Virus record (IMG/VR): IMGVR_UViG_3300035492_000236
DNA: 64,000 nucleotides
Source: a virus
Lineage: Duplodnaviria; Caudoviricetes
Reading direction: 5' to 3' (one strand)
The notes beneath the pieces are model-generated. The model made no database searches. It saw nothing but the letters and a program-made list of their open reading frames with translations, and was not told where the DNA came from. Below, piece after piece: positions 29,290 through 38,147 of this stretch. The stretch's first letter is position 1; every line of letters starts with the position of its first letter. A program made the position numbers and the translations under genes.

Positions 29290-29803
29290 TGAGGCATTCA
29301 GGGACAGCCACCGTCACCATCTTAAACCGACGACTGTAGGAGATCTCAATGGCCTCACCACCACCTTTCATGTAATCCCGTTCTAACATTCGTACGTAAA
29401 TGGCATTACAGTAGATGTCACGGTGTTCAGTGAACAACAGGTCTTTTGCACGCTGCATGGCCCGCGACGGTATGTCGTGCAGACCCACCGACCCCGGTTG
29501 GATGATTGCCAACCCGTAACCATCGGCCCCTTCTAACTCATCGAACTTTTTCAACCGTCCCACGAAGTCAGGGTGGGCATGACTGAACGCAATCACGCCG
29601 CCGTCAATAACCGCGGCATGAACCGGCAGCCGCTCAAAGCTGGGGTAATGTTTACGGATTGCCTCAATGGCTTCCAGCGGTGTCATGGAGACGCCTGGTT
29701 TGAATGTAGCATGGACTACACCACTGAACGAGGCACAGCTCGCCAGATGGTCTTCCACGTCGTTGATGTACTGTTCAGCAACGTATTCTACTTTAGCGTT
29801 CAT
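29264..29803 (-). CDS. Hypothetical protein
   Basis: 179-aa ORF with SD aaggag; ATGA overlap with the upstream gene. Confidence 0.6.
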   Translation of the reverse strand: MNAKVEYVAEQYINDVEDHLASCASFSGVVHATFKPGVSMTPLEAIEAIRKHYPSFERLPVHAAVIDGGVIAFSHAHPDFVGRLKKFDELEGADGYGLAIIQPGSVGLHDIPSRAMQRAKDLLFTEHRDIYCNAIYVRMLERDYMKGGGEAIEISYSRRFKMVTVAVPECLIVEFRLGD

Positions 29804-30435
29804 GAGTTCTCCTTATAATAACGATAGGCGGTGAATAGCGACATGTAAATCATCATAGGAGTCAACACACACCAGACCAACAACTCAACGGACTCTGCCT
29901 GCTGATCCAGGGAGTGCTTGGTGGAAGCGATCAGCATCATCCACGACGTTAGCAACAACACATACCACTGTCGTCGCAGGTTCAATAGTACTGTCGAGAT
30001 CGCCGCCGCACCCACACCTACCATCAAGCAGTAAAGGGTATTGATGTTGTTATCGAGACCGTAAGGGATCACTGCGGTAGACAGCATGGCAGTGATTAGG
30101 ATTTCATTGGCCACGTCTCGGTGTTGTGCTAACTGTTGATTGACGGGCACGCTCCAGCGAATGAATAACGCCAACGTAATTGGCATTACAAACACCGGCC
30201 CGGCCACAGACATATCGCCAGACATGGCCCAGGCTATCAGCAGAGCCAGGTACAAAAGTCCACCCACGCTATAAAACACCGTTGCCACTGGTCCCTGTCT
30301 CGCGGTTGCCAGTATCAGCCCGCAGGATGCGGGGGCGTATAGCAGTGCCAAGTTACCCAGCTGGGTACATACTGCTGCGATCGCTAACAGCATCGCCCAA
30401 TGCGCCTGCGTTATATGCCATTCGGTTGTCTTCAC
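29800..30435 (-). CDS. Polytopic membrane protein
   Basis: GTG start after TATCTTGGAGG; about 6-7 hydrophobic segments. Confidence 0.6.
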   Translation of the reverse strand: MKTTEWHITQAHWAMLLAIAAVCTQLGNLALLYAPASCGLILATARQGPVATVFYSVGGLLYLALLIAWAMSGDMSVAGPVFVMPITLALFIRWSVPVNQQLAQHRDVANEILITAMLSTAVIPYGLDNNINTLYCLMVGVGAAAISTVLLNLRRQWYVLLLTSWMMLIASTKHSLDQQAESVELLVWCVLTPMMIYMSLFTAYRYYKENS

Positions 30436-30491
30436 TGTGTCCTCCAAGATAATAAGACCACTAACATAAGAAGTGGTCTACTATTGTTTTT

Positions 30492-31028
30492 TTACAGGCG
30501 GCTCAATCTGGTCAGTCTCGGCAGGTTCTTGAAGCACCGCCTGCGCTTGAGTTCTTGACACAACTCCGTCATCGGTAAGATATCGTAGTTCTCCGTGCGG
30601 ATCAGTGATACTTGACTGAGCAGATCCAACGCACCCTTGATGTCGTCGTTGCTAAGGTGCATTGCGACGTGGGCAGCGGATGCCCGTACTTCAAACATCA
30701 CAATAAACCGGGTGGAGTAGGGTAGCACCGACGGGATAGTGGCGTTGACGTAATGCCGGTCTTCCGGGATCAGCTTGACGTCGTACAGCGTGCCATCGTG
30801 GCGCAACAGTGCCCCGCGAAGGATACCAGGTAACGCACCCGTGTCACGCGCTTTGAAATTCCCCACTAACAGGTTCCATACGTTGAACGACACGATATCC
30901 AGCGGCAGAAACAGCCCGTAAGGTGTGAACAGCGACTCCCGTTTCAGGTCGATGTACTCCGCGGACAAGCCAGCAATTCGCTTAGGTACAGTGAGATGGG
31001 TTTCGTTTGCAATGATAACGCCAGACAT
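30492..31028 (-). CDS. Hypothetical protein, possibly a degenerate Ntn-fold partner
   Basis: Coupled (TAATG) to the HslV-like gene; weak C-terminal similarity to it. Confidence 0.5.
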   Translation of the reverse strand: MSGVIIANETHLTVPKRIAGLSAEYIDLKRESLFTPYGLFLPLDIVSFNVWNLLVGNFKARDTGALPGILRGALLRHDGTLYDVKLIPEDRHYVNATIPSVLPYSTRFIVMFEVRASAAHVAMHLSNDDIKGALDLLSQVSLIRTENYDILPMTELCQELKRRRCFKNLPRLTRLSRL

Positions 31029-31522
31029 TAGACGGTCTCCATGGGTTCTAAATTAGCGGCGTGGACAATGTCTACACCAGTTCCTTGCAGCTCCCCGAAC
31101 TCACCTGCGAGCTTTACTGCGGCATGCGGCTCAAGACCGGCCAGGTATGCCACCATGGCTGCTTGTCCGCCAGTCCCTGCCCAGCGACGACGGTCGTGTC
31201 CTAGCTCGCACAATCCATTATCATCTAAATAAAATGAACTGTCATGCGTCAGAATGAAGTACTCATCTTCACCATTCGCCAGCAGTGCCAGCCACTCTTT
31301 GTTCAGCGGCTGATTTGCGTAATGGGCACCCACCAACTCCCGTATCTTCTTTACTCGGTCACGAATCACTCGTGTGGCAGGGTAGGAACCCAAGATACCT
31401 ACCGCCACACGTTGGTCTTCCGACAAGAACAGTTTGGGTACGTCTTCTTTGATCTCATTGGAACCTGCCCAGATCGTACTATCCATGGCTAAAAACCCGT
31501 CGGCCAGTATTGCTGTGGTCAT
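31028..31522 (-). CDS. HslV/proteasome-beta-like Ntn protease
   Basis: Start MTT gives an N-terminal Thr nucleophile; LAMDS and GTGG.AA..A....AV.LA motifs. Confidence 0.6.
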   Translation of the reverse strand: MTTAILADGFLAMDSTIWAGSNEIKEDVPKLFLSEDQRVAVGILGSYPATRVIRDRVKKIRELVGAHYANQPLNKEWLALLANGEDEYFILTHDSSFYLDDNGLCELGHDRRRWAGTGGQAAMVAYLAGLEPHAAVKLAGEFGELQGTGVDIVHAANLEPMETV

Positions 31523-31589
31523 TGAAACTCCAAGATAAAAAATAAAACATAGCAAGGGGAGGCGGTCGAAACCACCTCCCAGTCGACTG

Positions 31590-31919
31590 TTAGTACCGCT
31601 CGATCACCGACATGGACGTTCTGCCGTCAGTGGTGGTGTCTTTACGAGGCGAACGTTTCACATTCACCTCCACTTCCCCGGCTGCTGCATTCACAGACAA
31701 CAGCAGGCTATCGCCGGCCGCGACGTCGTGCTTCTTGCTATCGAACGCGATGACAATGGACTTCAACGCACCGAAGGCCGCCAGTGGGCCTTCCTTGGGC
31801 GACATGTCAGGATCGATCGCCAGAGTGACGTCACCTTTACTGACACGCACTACTTTGGCAGTGTGTACGCCATGCTCATCAGCGGGAAACAGGGGAAGCA
31901 GTTCTTTCGAGATAGTCAT
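31590..31919 (-). CDS. Hypothetical protein (OB-like beta strands)
   Basis: 109-aa ORF, coupled to the upstream gene. Confidence 0.55.
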   Translation of the reverse strand: MTISKELLPLFPADEHGVHTAKVVRVSKGDVTLAIDPDMSPKEGPLAAFGALKSIVIAFDSKKHDVAAGDSLLLSVNAAAGEVEVNVKRSPRKDTTTDGRTSMSVIERY

Positions 31920-32584
31920 TATACAGTTCCTTCTACTTGGTTGGTGTTGGAGTTGGTGTTGTTGGAGGCTTCCGCAGCCGCAAGTGCGTCACGGATGGCT
32001 TCCATTTGTTCAGCAGTGGCATTACCGCCGCCGAGCATTTGCTTTTCAAGTTTACATTCGGTCAGAACCCGGTTGGCTTTCTCGGTGTCGAGAATGTCCA
32101 GGTCGAGGAATTGGTCCAGGATCATGTCACTGCGAGCAGTGATCTTGTTGACATCGCCGTGGGTTGCCACCCAACCATATCCCTTCACGGCGTCGTAGCC
32201 GTACTTGCCACGCAGGTCATCGATGATGGATTGCAGATACTGTCCGAACACCACATCGAACTCCCGCACCTTAAGGCGCTCAAAGCTCTGGGTGTCTTCA
32301 TGTACCCACAGTTCGGTGTCGTCTGCCAGGAACACACACCACCAGACGTTGAAAGTGCGTGGGTGCTGACGCAGCAGACTGCGCACGATTTCTTCAAGTG
32401 CGTCTGCCTCGTATTTTTCCCGCGTGTGTCGACGGATGCGTTCAATGCCTTCGACGGTGACGCCACGGACCACACTGCATCCCATATACGTGACACCTGA
32501 GATAGTCAGGTCAATTGCCCGGCGGTAGTTCTTGATCAGGCGAGCTTCGTACTTCTGTGCTTTGGTCATTTGTTTTCCAGACAT
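31919..32584 (-). CDS. Hypothetical protein
   Basis: 221-aa ORF with TATCTTGGAG RBS. Confidence 0.65.
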   Translation of the reverse strand: MSGKQMTKAQKYEARLIKNYRRAIDLTISGVTYMGCSVVRGVTVEGIERIRRHTREKYEADALEEIVRSLLRQHPRTFNVWWCVFLADDTELWVHEDTQSFERLKVREFDVVFGQYLQSIIDDLRGKYGYDAVKGYGWVATHGDVNKITARSDMILDQFLDLDILDTEKANRVLTECKLEKQMLGGGNATAEQMEAIRDALAAAEASNNTNSNTNQVEGTV

Positions 32585-32612
32585 GGGGTCTCCAAGATAA
32601 TGAAAGCGTGGG

Positions 32613-33041
32613 TTATTTTCTAGCGGTAAGGTTCCGCAGTTGCAGGATGAAGCGGATCAGGTCGATGCCTTTATGTTGGTTGACTTTCAACCCCTCATCT
32701 ATGAACGTGATCGGGTACTCCTTACGGTAACGCTCAATTACCGCTTGTTCATCCATCGATAGCCTGACCCACGAGAAACGCGGAGCGCCTTCGGTCAGGT
32801 AGTAATTCTCAGCATGTGTGGTCGAAGTGTATTTCAGGCGGGTAATCCACTCGCCCAGAAGGGCATGGTAGTTCAGGGTGCGGAGCGTAGCGCGGGCTTC
32901 CAATTTCAGCAGGAGCTCATTCGTGGTGTCGGTAAAGCCACAGTTCCAGGGCTGATGAAACACTCGCAGGTCTTCGAGGATAACTTCCATCGAGAGAACC
33001 TCATACTTACGTTCTACGGGATGTTTCAATACGTCGCTCAT
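32613..33041 (-). CDS. Hypothetical protein
   Basis: Start MSDVLK after gagg. Confidence 0.55.
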   Translation of the reverse strand: MSDVLKHPVERKYEVLSMEVILEDLRVFHQPWNCGFTDTTNELLLKLEARATLRTLNYHALLGEWITRLKYTSTTHAENYYLTEGAPRFSWVRLSMDEQAVIERYRKEYPITFIDEGLKVNQHKGIDLIRFILQLRNLTARK

Positions 33042-33159
33042 TATGAAACCTCTCAAAATAATCGTAAAGGAGGGGGGGGGGGCAATACCCCTATTAGAAC
33101 ATCCAATATTTAAATGTAACGGGATGTTTGTATGGTGTAAAATAATCACGCAACCTAAG

Positions 33160-33231
33160 TCACGTGATTAAATATACCTGACTTTTGTTAGACCTTGGGG
33201 TGGAAGTGATAGCGACAATAACGGTTTTCAT
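33160..33231 (-). CDS. Possible 23-aa microprotein MKTVIVAITSTPRSNKSQVYLIT
   Basis: SD aagga plus ATG right after the upstream stop; overlaps a promoter-like motif. Confidence 0.25.
   Translation of the reverse strand: MKTVIVAITSTPRSNKSQVYLIT
33165..33179 (-). promoter_or_regulatory. Early-promoter-like motif AGGTATATTTAATCA
   Basis: Variant of the 15-bp motif in an AT-rich gap. Confidence 0.45.
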
Positions 33232-33240
33232 TGAGGTTCC

Positions 33241-33564
33241 TTAAACTAAAGGCTTTGGGTGAAGGGTTCCGCGCGACATGGCGATGGCACAGCTCTTGGC
33301 CATGCCTGGATAATCGTGTTCACGTAACGACATCCCAGTCCCTGCTTTAACGTCATCGATCTCTATGTTTGCTTTGTGGGGATGTGTGATGTCGTCCCAG
33401 TGTTTCAACAGTTGAATACAAACCCAATCGTAGTCCGTGTCGGACATGATCGGCTCTTCTTCAGGGTGCAAGTAATACAAGTAGCTGGCAGTGAGGTATG
33501 CAGGTACCAGTAAGTTAGGTGACTTCTCAAGACCCTTTCGAGTCCAGCAAATGGGAGGATTCAT
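33241..33564 (-). CDS. Stand-alone NAD-dependent DNA ligase subdomain Ia-like protein
   Basis: SYLYY.....PIMSD..YD matches the LigA N-terminal Y-x-x-x-D-x-P-x-x-SD-x-x-YD pattern; no catalytic domain. Confidence 0.55.
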   Translation of the reverse strand: MNPPICWTRKGLEKSPNLLVPAYLTASYLYYLHPEEEPIMSDTDYDWVCIQLLKHWDDITHPHKANIEIDDVKAGTGMSLREHDYPGMAKSCAIAMSRGTLHPKPLV

Positions 33565-33658
33565 AGTTGGGTTCTCCAGTGCAAGTAACACATTAACACC
33601 AGTCCTGGTAAACTTTCACAAAAAAAAAGGAGGAGAGGCTGACCCCCCTCCTCGATCG

Positions 33659-34066
33659 TTAATGTGTGGTTAGTCGAATGATTTCTTTACACGCCGCGTG
33701 AAGCTTCTGTGCATCCTCCACCATAAGTCGCAAATACTCGTCCCATCGGGGCCGGTGGTGATGGTCTAAGTTGACCGCAAGATGATGCCTTAGCACTTCT
33801 TCTATTTTATCAAGGTCAGACCCAGCCATCAGTCCCATCACCACATAAGCACCGCCATGCGCTAGGGGCTCAACCGCATCCACAGGGACAGCAACGTCCT
33901 GTTCCAGCTTCTTGGCTAACGCTAACTGCATCAGGGCGATATAACACCATTCCCGATTCGGATACTGCGCTATCCAATACTTGCCGTTTTCAGGCAGTCC
34001 TAGTATCACGGCGTACTCGTTCAATATACGAGTCGATGTTTCAATAAACGGGTCAGGCCAACGCAT
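33659..34066 (-). CDS. Hypothetical protein
   Basis: 135-aa ORF followed by a hairpin and A9 tract. Confidence 0.55.
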   Translation of the reverse strand: MRWPDPFIETSTRILNEYAVILGLPENGKYWIAQYPNREWCYIALMQLALAKKLEQDVAVPVDAVEPLAHGGAYVVMGLMAGSDLDKIEEVLRHHLAVNLDHHHRPRWDEYLRLMVEDAQKLHAACKEIIRLTTH

Positions 34067-34078
34067 ATCATCCCCACA

Positions 34079-34456
34079 TTAAATAAGATACAAATAGCGA
34101 CTGGCGAGTGCGTGAAACTCAGGACGGTTAGACAACACAACCCCGTCTAGGCTTTCGAGTTCCCACACGTCAGCGGTGAAGCCGATGTCGGTGACGTAAG
34201 TGTGGGTGTCTGTGGACAGTGCTCGCATTACAACATCGATGATTTTATCTTGCAGCTTGGTCGCCACATCACGATCGTTTTCAACGTAACGTCGATAAAC
34301 GTCGTTGCTGTACATTACCGCCACCGGAATATATGACTGTAAATAGGTGTCGCGACCCACGGCAGGAATCATCATCGAGACCATTTGGTGTTTACTGTCA
34401 TCGTTCAGGGGGAGGATGACCACCTCCAGGTATTCGTTGATTTTGATGTTACTCAT
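34079..34456 (-). CDS. Hypothetical protein
   Basis: Start MSNIK after agagga. Confidence 0.55.
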   Translation of the reverse strand: MSNIKINEYLEVVILPLNDDSKHQMVSMMIPAVGRDTYLQSYIPVAVMYSNDVYRRYVENDRDVATKLQDKIIDVVMRALSTDTHTYVTDIGFTADVWELESLDGVVLSNRPEFHALASRYLYLI

Positions 34457-34658
34457 CACGATTCCTCTCTTTCCATGCGGCAATGTGCTCCAGCTCATCA
34501 TCGAGCTGTTTTGAGATCGCATCCAGTTTTTCCCTGAGGTTAAGGTGACGACCTTTAAGGTCTTTCAGATGTTTGGAAGTCAGGATCAAACTCCCGAGCA
34601 AGAACATGATCACAATCGCCAATGCAACGATAATGCCTTGCAATACAACAATACTCAT
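34449..34658 (-). CDS. Single-pass membrane protein with coiled-coil tail
   Basis: Hydrophobic N-terminus VVLQGIIVALAIVIMFLLGSLIL. Confidence 0.55.
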   Translation of the reverse strand: MSIVVLQGIIVALAIVIMFLLGSLILTSKHLKDLKGRHLNLREKLDAISKQLDDELEHIAAWKERNRDE

Positions 34659-34662
34659 TAGG

Positions 34663-34878
34663 TTATTTCCTTGTGGTCGTGGTTTCCAGATCATACATAC
34701 CCACGCCGCCGTGTTCTAGCCGGTGGAGGAGGTTTTGTTGATCACTCGGGAAGAAGCGCCTATATTCAGCAATGATTAAGCGCAATGCTTCTTCCTGCAT
34801 ACTCATGTCACCGATTGCGGACTTGCCTGTCCTGGGGCGCTGTGGCGGTAGTTGAAGATTAAACTGTGGGTGCTTCAT
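34663..34878 (-). CDS. Hypothetical protein
   Basis: 71-aa ORF. Confidence 0.45.
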   Translation of the reverse strand: MKHPQFNLQLPPQRPRTGKSAIGDMSMQEEALRLIIAEYRRFFPSDQQNLLHRLEHGGVGMYDLETTTTRK

Positions 34879-34880
34879 AG

Positions 34881-34961
34881 TTAGCGGTACTCGAAGGTGG
34901 CGTCGGTTAATGGGCGAGTTGAGTTAGTTATATACAATGTATCGGGAGGATGATGTTCCAT
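34881..34961 (-). CDS. Possible 26-aa microprotein MEHHPPDTLYITNSTRPLTDATFEYR
   Basis: SD ttggag 9 nt before ATG; fills the gap, and its stop lies 2 nt before the next ATG. Confidence 0.4.
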   Translation of the reverse strand: MEHHPPDTLYITNSTRPLTDATFEYR

Positions 34962-34991
34962 TGATACTTACTCCAAATGTACGACAACGTA

Positions 34992-35567
34992 TCACACAAG
35001 GACATCTTCGCTTCGTATAACACAAATCACCACTGTATGGTGTTTCGATATCCGACGGCATGCTGAGATTTGGTCCCGCTCGATTAAAGCCCCGGCATCG
35101 TCCCCATTTCTGATGTATCTTGCTATGTTGTCTAACAACAAGTTACGGCAACGAGGTCCCAACATATCGAACGGAGTCGTTGTAGACGTTGTGCCGGTTC
35201 TGCCAGTGTATTGTTCTTCCTCTTCCATGTCGGCCATCACAGCTTCGATAAAGACGTTATTGACTTTTCCAGTTTCTCGGCAATGTCGGGTGATCGTGAC
35301 CATAACCGAGAAGCTGTCACCAAGGTCCTTGCGTTTGCGGACAGTAACTTTAGAAAACACAGGACGGTCTAGCAGAACATCGCGAAGCACTACCTTCAGG
35401 TGATTGATCAATTCCAAAATCGTGGTGTTCTGCTCGTCCTCGAAGAGGTGGTCGATGACGCTATCCTCAATCAGACGAAACTGGACATCGATCGGTAAAA
35501 GTATCGCCGCATTGCCAATGTCGTATTCGTCCAGTTCTCCTTGATTTATTACTCGTGGAATTTGATG
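34992..35567 (-). pseudogene. Paralog of 36130-36711 lacking a canonical start (non-AUG start or 5'-decayed)
   Basis: Homology (DEYDIGNAA vs DEYNLGDAG; SKVTVR.R.DL) extends 50 codons upstream of the first ATG/GTG/TTG. Confidence 0.5.
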
Positions 35568-35647
35568 TTATTTAAAGCGTAGATCTATCTTATCATTTCG
35601 ATAAGGCTATCTTCAAAATAGAGCAAGTCAGTGAATGTTGATATTAA

Positions 35648-36106
35648 TTACTGGTCTTTAAAGGAGTAGATATGTGTTGTCAGTAGCTGTTCAAATTCGT
35701 GTTCTTTTCCGCACATTACTGCACGGTAATAACCAGTAATGTAAGTAACGTCACCTGCCAGCTCGAGCGCATTCAGAATATCCCTTCCAGTACGCGCCGA
35801 CTCGATCAACCGATGCATGTTGGAACGACGTTCTGCATCCATCGGCTCCCCACGCACATAAGTGCCGTATTCTAAACAAACCACCGAAGTTTCCTGGTCT
35901 AGACCGATGGGGGTCGTCAGCTTATCCAACTTGACCCCAAACTTAATGATTTTCGCATCATGATCACTCATCCGCCCCAACAACTTGCCGACGACTTCTC
36001 CGGGTATGTGTTTGGCGCCACCATAACGCCAGCAGTAATACTTAAAGCGAAGATCAAACCACCATTGATTGGCGTATTTAAATACGTAATGTATGATACG
36101 TTCCAT
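35648..36106 (-). CDS. Hypothetical protein
   Basis: 152-aa ORF. Confidence 0.55.
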   Translation of the reverse strand: MERIIHYVFKYANQWWFDLRFKYYCWRYGGAKHIPGEVVGKLLGRMSDHDAKIIKFGVKLDKLTTPIGLDQETSVVCLEYGTYVRGEPMDAERRSNMHRLIESARTGRDILNALELAGDVTYITGYYRAVMCGKEHEFEQLLTTHIYSFKDQ

Positions 36107-36129
36107 ATGTCCACCCTAGTAAGGAGCGA

Positions 36130-36711
36130 CTACTTGCTGCTGAATTCAAAACAGGTAATGACTGACCGTTGCGGTGAGGCACGTCGGATGATGGTGAACT
36201 TATTGCCAGCCCGGCCGAACCCAAGCTCACGGTGTCCGTAGCGATTAAAGATTCGTTCATCAAGCCATTCGTCAGCAGTTATGGACACCCACCGGTTCAG
36301 GAAGTCTCTACGCGTCGCCAGCTCATCTTCAGGGCGTTTGTACGTGGAGCCGGGCGGTGTGGAGATCAACGCGGTTTCAATTGCGACAGTGCGTCGAGAA
36401 TCGTCCATGTGCTGTAAGTCAATGCGGACATCGTACTGCCACTCGAGGTCTGATCTGGTACGGACCGTCACCTTAGACACGACGTTGGTATAGATTAACG
36501 CTTCGCCGAGAAAATGATTGAGGTGGTCTGCTAAGATCAGCAGATCTGGCTGATTAGATTCCAGATCGATGTGTTGCATCGCTAATCGTTCCAGTAGCCT
36601 CAGCTTGATGGGTAGTGGGACATAAGCCCCTGCATCACCAAGGTTGTATTCATCCTGGACAGTGATTCTAGCAGGCTTACTTGGGACTTTGAATTCAACT
36701 ACTTTAGTCAT
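36130..36711 (-). CDS. Hypothetical protein (paralog of 34992-35567)
   Basis: Start MTKVVE after ggag. Confidence 0.6.
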   Translation of the reverse strand: MTKVVEFKVPSKPARITVQDEYNLGDAGAYVPLPIKLRLLERLAMQHIDLESNQPDLLILADHLNHFLGEALIYTNVVSKVTVRTRSDLEWQYDVRIDLQHMDDSRRTVAIETALISTPPGSTYKRPEDELATRRDFLNRWVSITADEWLDERIFNRYGHRELGFGRAGNKFTIIRRASPQRSVITCFEFSSK

Positions 36712-37978
36712 GGTGACTCCGTGATTGGGTTGTGATAATGTCTGAGATCTGGGCACCGTGGCGGGCTTCGACACCGCCATTAACTTTCGTGGCGGCAACC
36801 TCCCACTCCAACCTCACAGTCCCATCGGCATTGTAACGCCGATTTTTGTGTTCGCTACGGTCATGTGGGATCATTTTCCTACCAGTGTGTCTAGATAACG
36901 GCCCGCGGTATTGACCCAGCTTGGGGATAGCGCGACTGGTGGTGAGGTGCCAGGTAGTAGCTTGCTGTTTCTCGAGATCGGTAATGTACCAAATGACTGC
37001 CTCACGTTTCAGTTCTTGTTCCACCACTTTGCGTTTAACGGGCAATTGGGCAGCAATGGCCGCCTCATACGCATCAAGCCGCGCCTTAAATACCCCACCA
37101 CAACGGCCTAATAATAACTCGGCTAGACGATATTCGTCACTCCATGGTAAGACGAGGTGCGGCTCGGCATCTTCTGACGCGTAGCTGTAAAACGACTCGC
37201 TTGGGATGTGGTACATGTAGAAGGCGTCCTGAGCCAAACTGCTCCGCCAATCCTTAAGCAAAAATGCTTCTTCTCCTAATTTACCTTTAAAAGCTAGCAG
37301 ACTGTACGCTTCCAACTCGCCGCCGCCTTGTTCAATGACAATATTCCACGGCTGGAGACTACCATCGCCATACCGTGGCAGTAATGCCACACTGCTTCTG
37401 AGGTCGACCGTGTCGGGACCGTTGTCGGTTCGGTAAATCACGGCCTTATTGAAACTAGCCAGTAGCTTGAACACCATTTGTGAGCGCGGCGTCAGCTTAC
37501 TGAAAAACGCTTCCTTGGGCTTCATCGCCAATACCTGTTCCCGAGGGACTGGAGGGAACACACCAACCAAGACGTGGTAACTAGGTGCTCTAAACGGTGC
37601 CGGACGACCAGCGTCAGGACCGACCGCAGGGTTGGGGCGGCGATAGCCGAGAGCTGACTGTAATGCGTTCGCACTGGTTTGGTCAGTGTGACTGGTTGCG
37701 GCTCTCGCGGATGATGTCAGAGTTGTCGTAACTGCACTGTGGAAAATATCAGGGCCGATGTCTGTCATGCGACCCCGAGGACCAACAGACTGATCGAATT
37801 GGTGAGGGCTGACGATATCGCGTCCGAACGGGGAGGGCTTTGGTATAGATGGGTTATTCCGCATTTCGTTAACCGTTGCTATCAATCGATGTTTGCGTCC
37901 CATGTATTCGCTGGTATCCAGGTCCCGTGCTTCGGTTTCTCCATGTGCACGTAAGGGGACTTGCTTATACTTTTCCAT
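36704..37978 (-). CDS. Hypothetical protein (424 aa)
   Basis: SD cttggag, downstream of a promoter-like motif; basic C-terminus with H.R..H..R...W....VNG pattern. Confidence 0.6.
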   Translation of the reverse strand: MEKYKQVPLRAHGETEARDLDTSEYMGRKHRLIATVNEMRNNPSIPKPSPFGRDIVSPHQFDQSVGPRGRMTDIGPDIFHSAVTTTLTSSARAATSHTDQTSANALQSALGYRRPNPAVGPDAGRPAPFRAPSYHVLVGVFPPVPREQVLAMKPKEAFFSKLTPRSQMVFKLLASFNKAVIYRTDNGPDTVDLRSSVALLPRYGDGSLQPWNIVIEQGGGELEAYSLLAFKGKLGEEAFLLKDWRSSLAQDAFYMYHIPSESFYSYASEDAEPHLVLPWSDEYRLAELLLGRCGGVFKARLDAYEAAIAAQLPVKRKVVEQELKREAVIWYITDLEKQQATTWHLTTSRAIPKLGQYRGPLSRHTGRKMIPHDRSEHKNRRYNADGTVRLEWEVAATKVNGGVEARHGAQISDIITTQSRSHHD

Positions 37979-38023
37979 GCGTTGATCTCCAAGAACTGGT
38001 TTGGTTAATGCTCAGATGCATTT

Positions 38024-38038
38024 GGATAACATATACCT
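38024..38038 (-). promoter_or_regulatory. Early-promoter-like motif AGGTATATGTTATCC
   Basis: Variant of the 15-bp motif downstream of a terminator. Confidence 0.5.
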
Positions 38039-38084
38039 GAAAAATGCTGGATGGTTGGCTATATGAATGATGGCGCAAATAAAA

Positions 38085-38113
38085 AGTTAGAGGGGCCGAA
38101 GCCCCCTCTAACT
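38085..38113 (-). terminator. cUUCGg hairpin terminator
   Basis: agttagaggggccgaagccccctctaact plus U-tract on the - strand. Confidence 0.7.
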
Positions 38114-38147
38114 GTTCGCTTATTACGTGAAAGCAATCTGCGTATTA

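Noticed and set aside
33072-33082. G11 homopolymer as a phase-variation switch
   Set aside because: Lies upstream of the SD-supported start, within an imperfect terminator-like hairpin; more likely a terminator stem or a homopolymer length error.
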